Source: Mytilus trossulus | Taxonomy: Eukaryota | Direction: 5' to 3' | Assembly: GCF_036588685.1 (NCBI RefSeq) | Contig: NC_086378.1 | Coordinates: forward strand, 44,082,001 to 44,146,000 | Length of the DNA stretch: 64,000 nt | Shown: positions 34,501 to 49,500 of the stretch, piece by piece | Layout: every line of letters begins with the position of its first letter | How positions within the stretch are numbered: position 1 is the stretch's first letter | The notes under the pieces: model-generated | Told to the model about the DNA's origin: nothing | What the model saw: the letters and a program-made list of their open reading frames with translations, nothing else | Database searches by the model: none | Position numbers and translations under genes: made by a program

Positions 34501-37500
34501 ATTATGGTTATATACACAGGTAAGTACAAACATATGCCCGCGATGTAGAAACTATATGTTTCAAGAGTTTATTTCTTTAGATTTTTTAAATGACCATAAG
34601 AATATTTCAAATATTTCCCCGCATGAAGTTCTGAAATAACTTTAAAATTTCATCAGGAAGTTCAAAGCCGAACATTTGAAAGCCATTTATGTGATCAAAA
34701 ACGATTTAAGAATCATATGACCAAAAGATATCGAAAGAAAAAGAAGTCTCATACTTTTTGTCGCAACTTTGCAATTTAAACCTTAGGTTCTTGACATATT
34801 CTAATTTATCAGCTGCATTTTTCAGCAACATTTCTTCGCTTAGAAACAATAAATTTTCGAAAAATATGTTGAAAATCATATTATTACAAAAGCACCGACT
34901 ACGGAACAGATAATAACATTATAGACTTAAAAGTTAACCAGCAGCTACTATTATTTCGCTGAATAGCATAATTTCACACGAAAACATAACTGTATCGTGT
35001 TGTCTTTTAATAACATGAACTTTATTTCAAATATATATGAGTACTTTAGACGAAAACACACATTCAGGAAACGTAACATAATTAAACTTGAGTATGATTA
35101 TTTTGTTTAACCTTGTAAATATGATATTGTTTTTTTTTTTTTTACATTAAATGCAAAATGTTCAGATTTTTACAAGTAATAGAACGTCGCTAATTAATAT
35201 TTCTAACATATTACGTGTTGTTGAAAGGTGTAACATAATGATTAACCATTTAGTGAAAACAGAGCTTTTGAGTAAATATGCATATCCTTGCAATATGCCG
35301 AACAACATGAAAGACTCAATAATTGACATTCTTTCAAGCAACACTTAATCTTAGAAAATGCAAAAATAAAATTACTAGGGGGCAAATGTTCGCGTTTCTT
35401 CATGTGCAACGTTAAAAACAAAAACTGAACACGCGCATCACCTCCCAACCCCTGGATTTTCGGTATTTGGAATTTTTTGAGAGAGGTAACAACCAAAAAG
35501 ATCGTTTTATGAAGGCCATGTGCTTTAAAATGGTTGATTCCGATCGACAGGTAGGCGTCTCCTGTTATAAATGCTTTAGTGGTTATGTAACAGTGGAGCA
35601 GTTTTTATATCGTACGATTGTATATTATCAAAATGAGGATGCTGAAATATTGACACTGCTGGAAGTAGAAGATAACCGAGGCAATAGTATGTCGTTCTTT
35701 AACTCCTACAATAATATCTATTCAGGCATACGTTTTGTACATCAAAGTATCATTAGTATTGAACTGGATTTGAATTTAAAAAAAAATACATAAAATAAGT
35801 AAAAATTACTAATTTGCGTGCAAACTTTTGTAGGAATAATATCCAAACAAAATAACATGATGTGTTGTTTATTAGAATTCTTAAAAAAAGGAGTAGGTTC
35901 AGTAGGACCCCTTTTTGGCTCCAAAATATAGCAGTTTTACAATTTTGTTAAAATGTATACTTTTAGTTAATTATTGCAAAGTAGAATGCTTCTGTTACAT
36001 AAATATGGTCTGTTTTTGACAATTCAATGCTTATTAATCTGGTACAAGCATCATTAAGTCATGCTAAATTACTGACATCTCCACAATTTTAGCATTTAAG
36101 TTAAATTTTAGACGGTTTCCGTCGTAAATGAAAGTGGCCGCATTCGTGATCATTCTTAATATTGAAGTGTTAGTTGTATTTCATTATAATACATAACCTA
36201 TATAAAGGTTGAGGATGAACACGGATGCGTCCACTTTCAATTTTGATAAAAACCATCAGAAAAGTGACATTTTTGGGCACATTTGACAGATTTTTCAAAA
36301 CTAAGCTAGAGTCGGAGCATTTGTAATGTGAATCAGTTAAAATCGTTCACATAAACTTATTGAATCAACTGAAATAGACACTGAAGTGTTTAAAAAGTGT
36401 CTAAAATATCTCGTCAGATGAACTTGAAATTTGATGCCAAAATCGGCCCTTCCCGGACCCACTCCTTTGAGAGATACCTTTCTTTAAAAAAAAACACCTT
36501 GAGAAGACGATATAATAGACACCTTCCCTAAATGTGACCTACATAATTATACGTATTATTTGGTTTGTTCTAACACGAACAACTGGACGGGTGTCACATT
36601 TAAAGCAAAAGCTGCTTGCCCTTCCAACGCAACAGAGATCTTCCAAGTTTTTTGTGGGGTTCGTATTGTTCAGTATAACGTTTTAAGTGTTTTGTTTTGT
36701 TTTGTGTACTATTATTGTCTATAGGTCATTTTTCATTTTAACCATTGTGTTGTCAGTTTATTTTCATCTTGTGAATTTGAATGTCCCTTAAGTATCTTTT
36801 GCCTCTCTTCTAAGCCCTTTTCTTTTCCGTGAAGGTCCTTTTTGTCATAAAACTGTAAACGGTTCCATGTATTCCTGATGAAAGTAAACCAGAAAAGTTT
36901 CGAGACGCATGAAATATATTCTAAAATAAAATGTTTATTCTATAATGAACAAAGGGTCTTCTATTGGAACAAAAAACTATTTTCTCTTGTTATTAATTTT
37001 GATAATAATAACGTTGGCCTTTTTTTAACGCTGGACTTGTGTGCAAGATAAATAGCCCGATTTGCTTGCTAGATTTTAAAAATATTAGTATACATATTAT
37101 ACACTAAATTAGCTATGTTTACAAATGTATGGCGTTATTTTCATTATGCACAGCTCTGTAATCAAACCTTGTGTACGTTTTATTAAGCAAAAACGCCCGA
37201 ATTCATAATATTTTTTTAATTTATCATATTGAAATCTGTACATTTGTTAGTTAAAATCATCAAGTACCGGTACCTTATCCCGGCCTCGTTAATATTAGTA
37301 AATAAATATATTTAAAGTTGTTAGTTTTATGTTAGTATTATACCTACAATAATATATCAATATGTTAAAAAGTTAGGCACTATAAACAATATTTTAAAAT
37401 GTCAAGCACAATATTTAAAAACAGTCATTTATTTTTACAAACTAAATTTGGATGGCACCGACTATTGCACTCTTGTTCTGCTTTTCTACATGCACATCTA

Positions 37501-40500
37501 TTGGTTTCACATCTGTTTTTACCGCAACATCCACATTTTAAAAAACCCTGTCCATCAAATATTGAATCTGATTTTACAGCACGTCTTAAGGAAATAAAAT
37601 TTTCAGTGCAAACATCTGAAGGTACCAAAAAAAGGGAATCGGCAACCTCGAACTGGGTTCTTGTTTTGTAACCAAGCGATATCCTTTTTCAGTCTTTTGA
37701 TGAACAATGGCCATAATGTTTTTTGTGTCCCCCTTTCCTCTGTCAACATGTGGGATTGGTATCAGAACATTACAACCAATTTCAGCCTCCTCTAAAACTT
37801 TATTCGATCTGTTGATCATTCGTTCTGCCTGTTTTTCTGTACACATAGTTGCATTTGTTCTTTCGGTTTGTATTTCTTGTTCATTTGAACACAAAAAGCA
37901 CACAACAGATGTCCCATAACCTTCTTCACCATTTGCTTTACCACAAATAACATGCAGTTCTGATTTACAATTTGAACATGAATGTGCATTTGACGCTGGC
38001 TTTTGACAAACAATACATGTCATGTCGTCGCTATCAATTGGAATATTTATATTACTGATTTCCATGCCTTCTTCGTTGTCACGAAATCATGTATTGGTAA
38101 TATCTTTCAGATCATCCTCTGTATTTAAGAGCGAAATTATTTCATCTGGCAAGGAGGATGTTGTTAAGCCAACCTTTGCCTCTACTCCAAACATTGCTTT
38201 ACATGGTGTGCGTTTAATGCCAGAGTGGTAGCTTTGATTTTTTTGAAATTGGACAAATTTAATCCCAACAGGCCAATCTTTAACACCATTATCCCGCATC
38301 CATGTAATTGTCATATATTTGATATCAGCATTTGCACGTTCGACACTTCCTTGACTTTGAGTGTGTCTTGGCTTCCCATGAACGATTTTACACTCTGGCC
38401 ATAAATCTTTTAATTGACAAATAATACTTGCAGTAAATTCAGCCCCATTGTCACTTTTTAAAATGTTAGGGGCACCAAAAAGAAGAAAGATATAAAGAAT
38501 CTGCATTGCAACCTCTGCTGCCCGTTTTGATTTCAGAGGCCGGAGAACCACAAATTTTGTCATATGATCTTAGTAAACCATAATGTACTTAAAATCTTCA
38601 AAACTTAATGATTGCATGTCAACTAAATCCGTTTGTCCACGTGAATTGAACGCTTCTTTAATTGACATTCTTCAAACAACTCCTTAAAAAGTTCCACAGC
38701 CTCTGTTGAAACATTAGCATAATTTCTATTTGCTTCCTTGATCATCTTATCACGCCCACCATGCCCTGTTGCAATGTGGATTTTATAAACAATGTTATAC
38801 ATGTCCTCCAGACAAGCATAGTATTTAATATCATCATCAGAGGAATTGCGTGTTCAGATAATTTTCTGAATGTCTCCACATTGAAGGATTTCATACCTAA
38901 AATAGTCAAAATATATTTTGAATCCTTTGGTATTACCAACAATTTAAATGCAAATAAAACGATTCAAGATAGGTACAATCAAAATGACCCCCATCCTTAC
39001 CATCAACAACAACCCGAACCAACCACTCATTTTTAAGAGGGGATACATTTGAAGTGCACATATTTTTTATTTGTAGAAACTTGAACCTGAGCGAAAGGTC
39101 TGCAGAGAGCTAAAAATAAATCCCTCCCCCCAAAAAAAAAGCCGCACACAAATAGTTTACCCAGGAGACGCAAATCGTAGAAATGGTACATGTACTTTTG
39201 TTTTTATGTAAATCTAGTTATATCAGTATTGCTATTCACAAAAAAATATATATTTGTTCAGATATTTGTCATTACATATACAATATAATATTTTTTTTGT
39301 AATTATGTAAAGAGTGTGATCTGTATAAAAAAATCAAGATGACAGGACCCTTTTAACTATTTAAACAATAACAACAAAACTTACTTTGTCAGCAGATAGT
39401 AATAAGTAGGAGTTTTGTCTTCTTTACTTGGTTCTTTAATCATCAAATTAACAATATCATTGTATTTATTCCTTGTCCATATCTTGCATTTTGTTTTTTC
39501 CTCAGTAATTTGCAGAAACTTTTGAGCATATATGTGCCTGTGCCATACTTTATTGTTTGTGAAATAATGAGGTTCAACAATTCAATTAAATATTTTTTTT
39601 AAATTAAATATCATTTTTTTTTTATTTGCACATGAACATACTGAGTTATACACATTTGTATGCATAATAGTTATATACACTAAACAGAAGATATATGATA
39701 TATTTGATAGAAACAGTTGTTTGAAACATTGCAGAAAATAATTGTAAGACAGAGGCTGTTTGGATATGAAATATATATATACATTATATGTGGATTTTAT
39801 TTGTTTTTTTTTGTTTTTATGAAAATAAAGGAGTCCAGGGGTACCAACAGTTTTCTGCCCTACTGAGTAATTTATTTTTATAGAATATGTTTTTTTTTCT
39901 ATTGAAAAGTTTCTTTTAAATATTTTTAGTGCTTTTATATTGGTTTGTTCCAAAGATAGTTTGCTTCTATAAATGTAGAATTTTGTTAACAGAAGTGTTA
40001 AATTTTTTATGTCATTTTTATCTGTTTTTGTTAGAATACCAAATAAAACCAAATAAATATTTAAAGTTAGTTCTTTTTCTGTCTTCTCAAATATCCAGGA
40101 GTCAAGGTCTTCCCATAGTTTTGATATATATATGGACACGTCCAGAATATTTTTTCTATTGTTACGACCCCTCCGCACACAAAACTACAAATATTTGTAT
40201 CTTTAATTTTCTTTGGAAGAGAAGTTCATTCATGCCTAAAATTCGATGTATTATTCTGTATTGAAACCACTGCAATTTTGAATTTTTTATTATATAAAAG
40301 GGCAATACATGGATATTTTCCAATTCAAAAGTTTGCATTGAAAATTAATGGCCATTTATAATGACTAATGACCGAACTCATAATAATGAATACAACTCAA
40401 AACTTTGCTGACCAAAATTCAGAATATATTCAATAAATTGTACTAAATGATAACAGAGTAGAACGATTGCGGGTACCGGTACATGTATTTACATTATTAT

Positions 40501-43500
40501 AGCAGTACAGTACTCATATCAATTTGATATACAAAGATATTTCTTGTTATACATTCATTCAGTTCTTTATACTATACTTGTTCGTATTGTTTTGTTTGTA
40601 TATTAATTACTCCCTAATGCATTTTGTTTTTGTCTTTTAATGATTGCAATGTGTTGCTAAGACTTAAAATTTCAATTACGAATAGACAACCGTTTTAAAC
40701 AATTACTCTCAACTTATTGTTACTTTTCCAGAACATGTTATCCATGTTACAAGGATGAAAGAAAGGTTGACGAAATTATTCCTAGGTCGTCATCATTATA
40801 TCACCCATTTAGTTTAGCCATAGATTCTGATCGGGATCATATATATTGGTCGGACAGCAGCCACAACGCAATCCTTCGCTCTGAACTAGATGGTTCAAAT
40901 ATAACATATGTTTTAAACAGAACAGTTGGAATAGGAAACATTGCTTTGGATACAACAAGCAGGTAAATATTTGAATTATTAATTCAAATAAGGCGAATTG
41001 AAATGGCATGAAATATATTTGAACAAAAGAGTGAACTTACTTTATTTCCCATTTTCTTTCTCAATTTTATTTTATTTATTGCTAAATTTGTACTGAAAAA
41101 ATCTCTTCATGGAAGGTATGACTTGTAGTATTGTCAAGATTGATAGGGATTGGATAGTGCAATGCATTAATATTAGTGTGAGTTAACCCGTAATATCAGA
41201 TGAATGAAAGAAGATAGTGAAAACTAAAACAACTAGGAGTACCGCATTTTTGTGATTTTATTATTGTACGATAAAAATTGTATTTTAGTTAAACTAGCTT
41301 GCAATATCAAATGCAACTGTTAAACTGGTTAAAAATAGGATTTTAGGAATATGATTGTACGGTATATTTAATTTAAAATACAATTTTGAAATTTGACAAC
41401 TCCTTTGAACACCTATCTTTATCGTCATATTCTAAATTCCAAACTAAAAGCCAATTCTAAAGAGATGGTATTTCTTTGTTTCATTTAAAAGATTGGCAGA
41501 CGAAGATAAAAATAATTTGTCTTGGTCAGGTTTAAATTCTACTTTGTTTAGAATCACTCTGATTCAAACAAAAAAATATCTTAAACTTATTTTATCAAGA
41601 TGCTTGATTTATTGATTGACATCATGTTTGTTACGTTTGGATGACGTGTTTTAACAGACTGTCGAAATTCTAAGGGGAACAAATTGTGCCCCTCTTCTTA
41701 CCGACTTATTGCTTAATAATATGGGGCCGACTTCCTTCAGGAAACTCTAAGGAAGAAAGATAAGAAGTTAGCAATATCATTACCTGTTCGTTCCGCTATA
41801 CTGATGATAGTTTCTCAATAAATGATTTAAAATTTGGTGACTATTTAGAACGAATCATTCCGAGCGAACTAAAAATAAAGGATTCTTCAGATACAGTTAA
41901 GTCTGCCTCATATCTTGAATAATAGCTAGAAATTGACAATTAGGGTAGAAATAAAAAAATACGATAAAAGAAATAAGTTTAGTTTCCTAATTGTGAAAGT
42001 TCCTTTTCTATGTAGCGTCATTCCAGCAGCAACTGCATGTAGAATATATATATCCCATTCGATACGATATTCTCCGGCTTGTATTTTCTATTCTCATTTC
42101 CTTGATAGAAGATTGATGCTAACCAAAAAGCTGTTATTAAATGGTGAAGTAAATATAATCCCTTCGTAAATTGTACGGATGCCATCACAAGTTGGTTGAC
42201 AGTTATGGAATAAGCGTTTCGCAGATGATATCGGATATGTTCCTTATGTTGTTATTACAAGGTGACCTGCCAATAAGACTATCTTCCGGATTTTGTATCA
42301 CATAAACAACACGACGGATGCCACATGTGGAGCAGGAGCTCGTCCAGAGCACCAGAGATTACCCCAAGTTTTTGTTAGGGTTCATGTCAACTTCGGTCTT
42401 AAATTTTATGTGTTGTGTTTTCTGTACTATCATTTGTCTATTTGTCTTTTTATTTTTAGCCATGTCGTTGTCAGTTTATTTTCAATTTAAAAGTATGACT
42501 GTCCCTCTGGCATCTTTCGTCACGTTTTTTTTACCATTTAAACCATGTGGTTCTATTTTCGGTTTGATTGTTCAATTACGGAATCCTAACTTCACATGAA
42601 CCTTGACTTCGTAGAAAGAGATCTACAATCCTACTCTTGAATGGTTAAAGTGTTGCTTAAGTGTGAGATGTTTGCAAAATTGCGCATGGACTACTGTTTG
42701 TTCGGTGGACCGTTTCATAGCGTTTGTATCAAATCATTTTTTTTTCACTTGATATCTATAATGCACTCTGATGATTTTTTCTTTTGTACCGATTTGATCT
42801 AAATCTGTATACGAAATTAACATACACCAATATTTTTTTGTTGTTTTGGATGAGCATGATATAAAAAAAACGAATATGTTTTGCTATCATAGGATGCTTT
42901 GTTATTTCTATTTAATTGTCCTATGTTTTAATATCATTATGTAGTAGGATTTATTTCATGGATGATGGAATCGGATCAATTGACAGATGTACATTAGATG
43001 GCCAAGATCAAACAACAATTATAAGCGATTCTATGTTAACAAGAAAATCCCGTATAGTTTTGGGTAAATATATTGTATAATCTGAATGTTTTAAGACGCG
43101 TACATTTATACTTTTGTCTAAATGTTAACACACTATTGGTTAATTCGAGTTCTGTTTTTTTTCCATTACATTTTGCCTTAAAACGGATGCTTTTTCGCTT
43201 CATTTTGAATATATTGCCTAAATAAAAGCTTTCCGTTAACAGATTTCAGGAGTAGAAGGATTTTTTGGACAGTTGGAAATACAGTGAGAAGTGCAACGTT
43301 CGAAGGAATGGAATTTAACGAATTTCAAGCATACGGTTCTCAGTATTCCTGGTCTAGGGTGATTGGCATTGATGTTCATGCAGACGATTTGTATTATACC
43401 AACACTATTCGTTATGACATGTATAAAGTAAATAAATCTGGAGAGAATAGTGTCAGAGCAGCTCGCGTATATAATCATATGCGAGAAATACGCACTTATG

Positions 43501-46500
43501 ATGGAAAAAGTAAGTTCCTAAGTGTGATTACAAAAAATGTGTGCAACTTCATTAATATTAAACCAAGTCGTGAAAGCAATAAACCTTATATTCAACGTAT
43601 TTGTTTGCTTTAATCTGATGTATTTTTCTCTTATTTTGGTACGAACGTTAGATAAAAACAGATTAACCAGTATGGATAAGTCATAGGTGTTATCATTTAG
43701 ATTGTTTGAAATAGATTAGTAACACAACTATCGTAACTATACTTGAATATAAGTGAATGTGTTTTGAAGTACGAAAATGAAGTACGTTTAAATGTCTAAG
43801 GTTGTATTTGCAAGTTTAATCTCATCAGTCTTCGATATAAAAATGCAGGATCCTGAGTTCAGTTCACACAACATGGACATCGAGTGTTGTATGACATTTG
43901 TTTACTTATTTTTAATTTGTTGGTGCAATAAATTGATTCTGATACTATACACAATCAATATAATGGAATCATACATGAAAGAAAGATGTTTAGATAGGTA
44001 TAAAATAAGGTTCAATCGAACACGACATACATGAAGAAATGCCTCTACCAATTCAAGAATATGACGTTTTGCATTCGTAAGATATGTTTGAACTGTTGAA
44101 TTTTGCCATTCCATAAAGGACTTTTCGTATTGAATTTCCCTTGTATTTTTCTTATTACACTTCTTTTTATCAAAATCGTTTTTATTTTGTTAAAAGTAAA
44201 ACAAGGGACTGGTGACAGCAAGGAGACATTCGGTATCCAGAGATAGAAGAGAAACTGATAACGCTATAATAGTAAATAACGAAAGACGAACAAATCTACA
44301 AAACAACACATTAATATAGCAAAATGGGGGTACACTGATTGCTCTAAAAGGATTGGCACTTCCATTTCTACATTATCATCTGTTATGTTGTACATAAACG
44401 TACACATCCTGTGGTATTTCTTTGTCTCTGATATCATATGATTGTGGTTACGCTTGTAAAAATCTATCCATGTTTATTTGAGACACATATTTTCTACAAA
44501 ACCGTCAACGAACACGTGATGGTGCCCATTAAACTTTAGAAAGAATGGAACCCTTCATCTGAATATATATTTATGTATGCAGCAAATGACTTCCAATGAA
44601 GGATATTAAACTCATAAACTCAAAATGCAGGCGATGAAGAAATGTTGCTACATTTTGTACATAGAACCTGACAACTCATAATTTGGAAACTGAATTATTT
44701 CTTTTATCGTAAAAAGTTGTTCTCATCCGACCATCATTGTCAATTTCTAGAAGTTAGTCAAGATGTGAATGTTTAATGGACGCTATCATGAATTCGTTGA
44801 CAGTGTTGACTAATATCTTTAATCTAAATTAAACATATAGTATCTATCATATCAAGCTTGGAATGACACATTTCTGTCAGCATAGTCACCAATCTTTGGA
44901 TCATTAATGGTGATGACACCATCTACAAAGCGAAACGTGAATTTAAATGGTAATGCTCGCTTACTTTCAATCTTAATGAGACGCTACTGTAATAAAGCTG
45001 TCTTATAGGAACATGGGAACAACTATGTTAATGCAGATGCAAAATAAGTTTCCATAGAACTGCCGATTTTGTGTTAAAAAAAAGAAAACAAGTCCGCATG
45101 ATAATAATGTCTAATAAAATATCAACCATCTTGGATTCAGGGTCAGAGAATTTCTTTTCTTTAATTTAAGATTATTGTGTTTAAATCAGAGTGTTTTTCA
45201 AACATAACATTTCTAACGCATCTATAATAAGAAATATGTTATTTACGTTGGCTATAATTTTTCTTCTTATACCTCCAGTCTAATGTTTACACATTGGGAT
45301 AAGTGCCCGTGCATTCTGTGACCTTCCTAAACAAAATGCAAGATAAAACTTTGCAAGGTTTTTGGATTTAATTTTCAGATACACCACTAATTAATTTTGT
45401 TCGTGTGAACCAATATAGAAAATTTGGTTTCACCTTTGAATTCCTGTGTATCGAATTTCGAAGAATATCGGAAAAAACACTAATATGTCTAATAGATAAC
45501 GAACTGAATATCAACTAATTAAAATTTGAATACTAATACAAATTGAGCTCATGTCACTATCATTTAGTGATCGGAAGTATTTGAAAAACAGCTATTAATT
45601 GAATTATCATCATTATAGAAACATTGAATATTTTGAAAATATTTGGATATAAAATGAGATAAACCGATTCGTGTGATATATTATGTATATTATATTCCCA
45701 AATACGCATTGTTTTTTGAAAAACATATCATCAAAATATTGTTCAAATATCAAGACAAGTTTAACAATAATTGCTAAAAATATTTTACCTTAGTTATTAC
45801 GGATTCCTGTGATGCATTTAAAAGTCTAAACAATGCTGAAAAACGCTCAACTGGATTTTATGTCGATTGGACTAGTGATGATCCACTTACTGATGAAACG
45901 TTAGAAGAAGATTGGTATAGAGTGATGAGCGACAACGGTGATGAAATGGCAATATCCCCTCCAGGAATGAAGTTTTGTGGAACAACGAATCCAATTTGGT
46001 TAAATGGTATACACATCATTTTGTTTTTTATGCATATATACCATATTTTGTTTTATATGTTGGTTATATCTTTTTCTGACCTTAAACACTTGACACTATA
46101 TCTGAATGAAACAGAACATCGTCCTTGCAGAGGCTAATTATAAAGTACGATGTTCTATGTGCACACGAAATTTCAGTCCTATCAAGAAGCTAAGGGTATT
46201 CAAAGCTTTATCCTCTCATAAAAAGGATGTCGATGCTCTAGATTGTTTTTATCCTAAAGTAGTATTTGCTTTTTCCTATGATGAGTAGATTAAAAACTGT
46301 TTGTCATTGTATAAAAATGTATAAAAATGCATAATGCAGTTTTTTAGCATTGCAATGCGTTATTTTTGTAAATATTTACAATTGTAACATAAACTTTAAG
46401 CTACTTTTGATACATTGAAATACACAATTGGTACATCCCTTATACACGTTTGACAGCTTTACTTCTATGGTCTCTGACACAGCTCATACCTTACATTTTA

Positions 46501-49500
46501 TCACAGGGACATTACCTAGCTTTGAAGACGGAAATAAATCTGTCATAGCTTGTATGCAGACACACAATAGTGTGTGCGAACAAACACTTGATATTGTTAT
46601 ACGGAATTGTGATGGCTATTATGTATACTTTCTACCACCAACACCACCAGATTCATCTTATTGCTTCGGTAATGTATTGCTTATATATTCTAGGTTTGTT
46701 TTCATCGTTGTATTGAAACATTAAAATATCTAATCAGAGTTGATGAATCATAGTTATAAAGTTGTGTAAGATAACCTTTGATTCAAAATAAGTATAACCG
46801 CATCTTTCAACAAGAATACGTTAAGAATCTTACAAAACTTATAAATATCCGATGTTTTCTTCTTGTAGTTGAAACTATGATTTCATTAAAATTTGTAAAA
46901 TCTAGAGTAAAACTGAGAATAAAAACGGGGGAGTGTGTTCAACGTACAACAACCCGACAAGAGAGCAGAACATAGCAATTGAAGGCCACCAATGGGTCTT
47001 CAACACAACCCTGCGCCCGGAGGCGATCTTCAGCTGTTCTAGTTAATAAAATAGACAAAACACTGAAAAATCTTTCAAATAGTTTAATTTAAGTATGGCA
47101 CTAGCATGTCAGTAACTGTACGTAGGCCTTTGTTAATTTATATATCAATTTCATTTTGCTTAGGTTCTTCGGTTACCTTATCTAAGTTTCACTGTGCGTA
47201 TTGTCGTGTGTTTGTTTATTCCGCATCTTCTCTACTTTTAACCAATGCGGAATAATCAAACACACACAACAAATTGTACAGTATAACTCAGAAAAGGTAA
47301 CAGTTTATTGACATATCAACAGAAGACCTAGTAGATAAAAAGAAATTCGAAAATTATATCTTCATCATGTGAACATGAACCACAATACTCTATCTAGGGA
47401 ATTAGTATCAATCGATCATTGAAAACATTAGGAGAAAGTAACACGTTTCATGCGTATCATGCCAACAACTTTTGTTTTATATTGTCAGTGCAAAACCTTT
47501 TGAAAGAAACAATATAATCTCTAAAAATTCCATCTAAAATACATAAAACAGTATCGTAACTATATCCCATCTGAATGAGTATGATTAAAGGTAATGTTAA
47601 CTTTTGGACTGAATAACAAAATATTTTTGCTAGGTATAAAATCTTACAATAAAAGATTGGATGTGAAATACCTGAAAGTATAAGATTCTGCCAGTTGATT
47701 TACTTTTACGAATAATGTCCTTGTACCAATAACAAAATCTAGTTTGTGAAATCGAAAACCCTGGTGTGAAAAGATGACAGGTTGAGATACATTAACGCCA
47801 TAAGAAGGTGACAAGGGAACGATAATCTCTAAAAATGGATAATTAATTGCAGCAAATAGAAAATGAAAAAATAGCCTCTTTTTAGTTCCTGTTTTGTATT
47901 CATTGTAATGCTAATCTATAGATATCAAGATCCAGGAAAGTGCAGTGTTCATTGTTAATATAAGTTTGTTGAATACCAGTAAAAAAATCGTTTTTGTGTA
48001 CACATTGAAATCCTCATTATTGAGTAAGTGTATGCTCTACAATTATGTTTAACTGATCTTTAATACATTGAACAAAATGAAACATGACTTGTTGCTTTAT
48101 CCGACCCTCACAGAATGATCAAGGAATGTTTTGTTTTTATGTTCTCTTAGGACAGTATATATTGTTAAGTTAAACGATTGTGAGATTGAATTTTAAATGA
48201 TATGATTTATTTTTCAAATGTTATTATTCTTTGTTGGTTTTATGCAATGAAAAATAATTTTCCCCACTCTTTAAATGTTTAAACAGTCTAACTAATCCGT
48301 AATCTTTGTTTATTTTTATTTTCCCGACAGGTATATTTTAGATCAATAATACTGTATTTGGTGAATAAACCGGACCAGAAAAGCATGTTGTCAAAAAGCA
48401 TGTGGTCACAAGACAGTTGGTAACTGTTTCCTGAATTTTTCATATTTTTTGAGTTTTTTGTGTTTAATTAATTAAGGCGCATGCTATTGTTATTGTTATT
48501 ACTTTTAATTAATTTGAAGTACGTTTTTGCATCCTACACATATTTTGCGAAATGCCTGTGCAAGCGATTGTTGTTTTCATTTTTTCATTACAGGAAGTGG
48601 CCCAGTTAAATGTCCAACTGATATGTCTTCGGAAACTGAACATTATCCAGGTTGTAGTTGTAAGTTTGGGAAAACGCATTTTTGTCTTTTTTCTTACAGT
48701 CTGAGGGAGTGTCAACCTTAGTCTTAATTTATCAAGGAAAAGGTTAAGAAAATCTGTAAAAATTCATGTCATTTATGAAATACTGATTCTGTGTTATCGA
48801 TACCATTGAAGACTTTCAGTTCATCAACAGCGGTATTGTCCAAGTATTAGTAAATGAAATTAAGTAATAAGGTAGTGACGTCAATATCACATTTTAACAA
48901 TCAAACATGTCAAGAATAACAAATAATCTAATGCCATTTAATAATAAGATTCATATACATCCTTGGATGATAATGTTTGAAAGAAAATTTACAAGAACAA
49001 ATTATGGAAAAGCAATATTGCAAGACAGAAGGTAACTGAAATCACTGATTGAAAGGCTTAGCTCAGATAAAATTTGATGGCAAGATATGCTAACGCTGAC
49101 AAAACAATAATAAATTGTGGCGCAAGACTTGCTGAGATTTATGTTTGAGTTATTCTTGGAAGTTAAGGTGGAACACACTCAACTATCGATATTTAGAAAT
49201 AATATAACAGATACTATTCTTGAATTTTAAACATTTCGTTTCTATTTTGAGAAAGCGATCCAAGTAGGACAAACTTGGGTTTATTCCTTTTTGCGATATT
49301 TTGCAAATGATATATGTTTAAAATAAAAAAAAAAATGTAATTGCACTTCAGTGTTTCTGTTGTTTCGTTGTTTCTCCCTTATAGTTGATGTGTTTCTGTT
49401 AGTTTTAGTTTTAACCCCGTATTTGTTTTCTCGCAATCAGTCTATGACTTTGAACAGGATATACTACTGTAGCTGATATATAACTTGTGTCTTTCAATAG

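Noticed and set aside
35467-35793. 108-aa ORF in intron 2 of gene 2
   Set aside because: Non-ATG start, no motif, and not needed for frame continuity between exons 34519 and 40732.
36866-36910. Hammerhead-like CTGATGA...GAAA
   Set aside because: Stems I-III do not pair convincingly; at most a very decayed copy.
39582-40178. 198-aa minus-strand ORF as a host gene
   Set aside because: It is a frameshifted LINE ORF2 tail running into AT-rich sequence.
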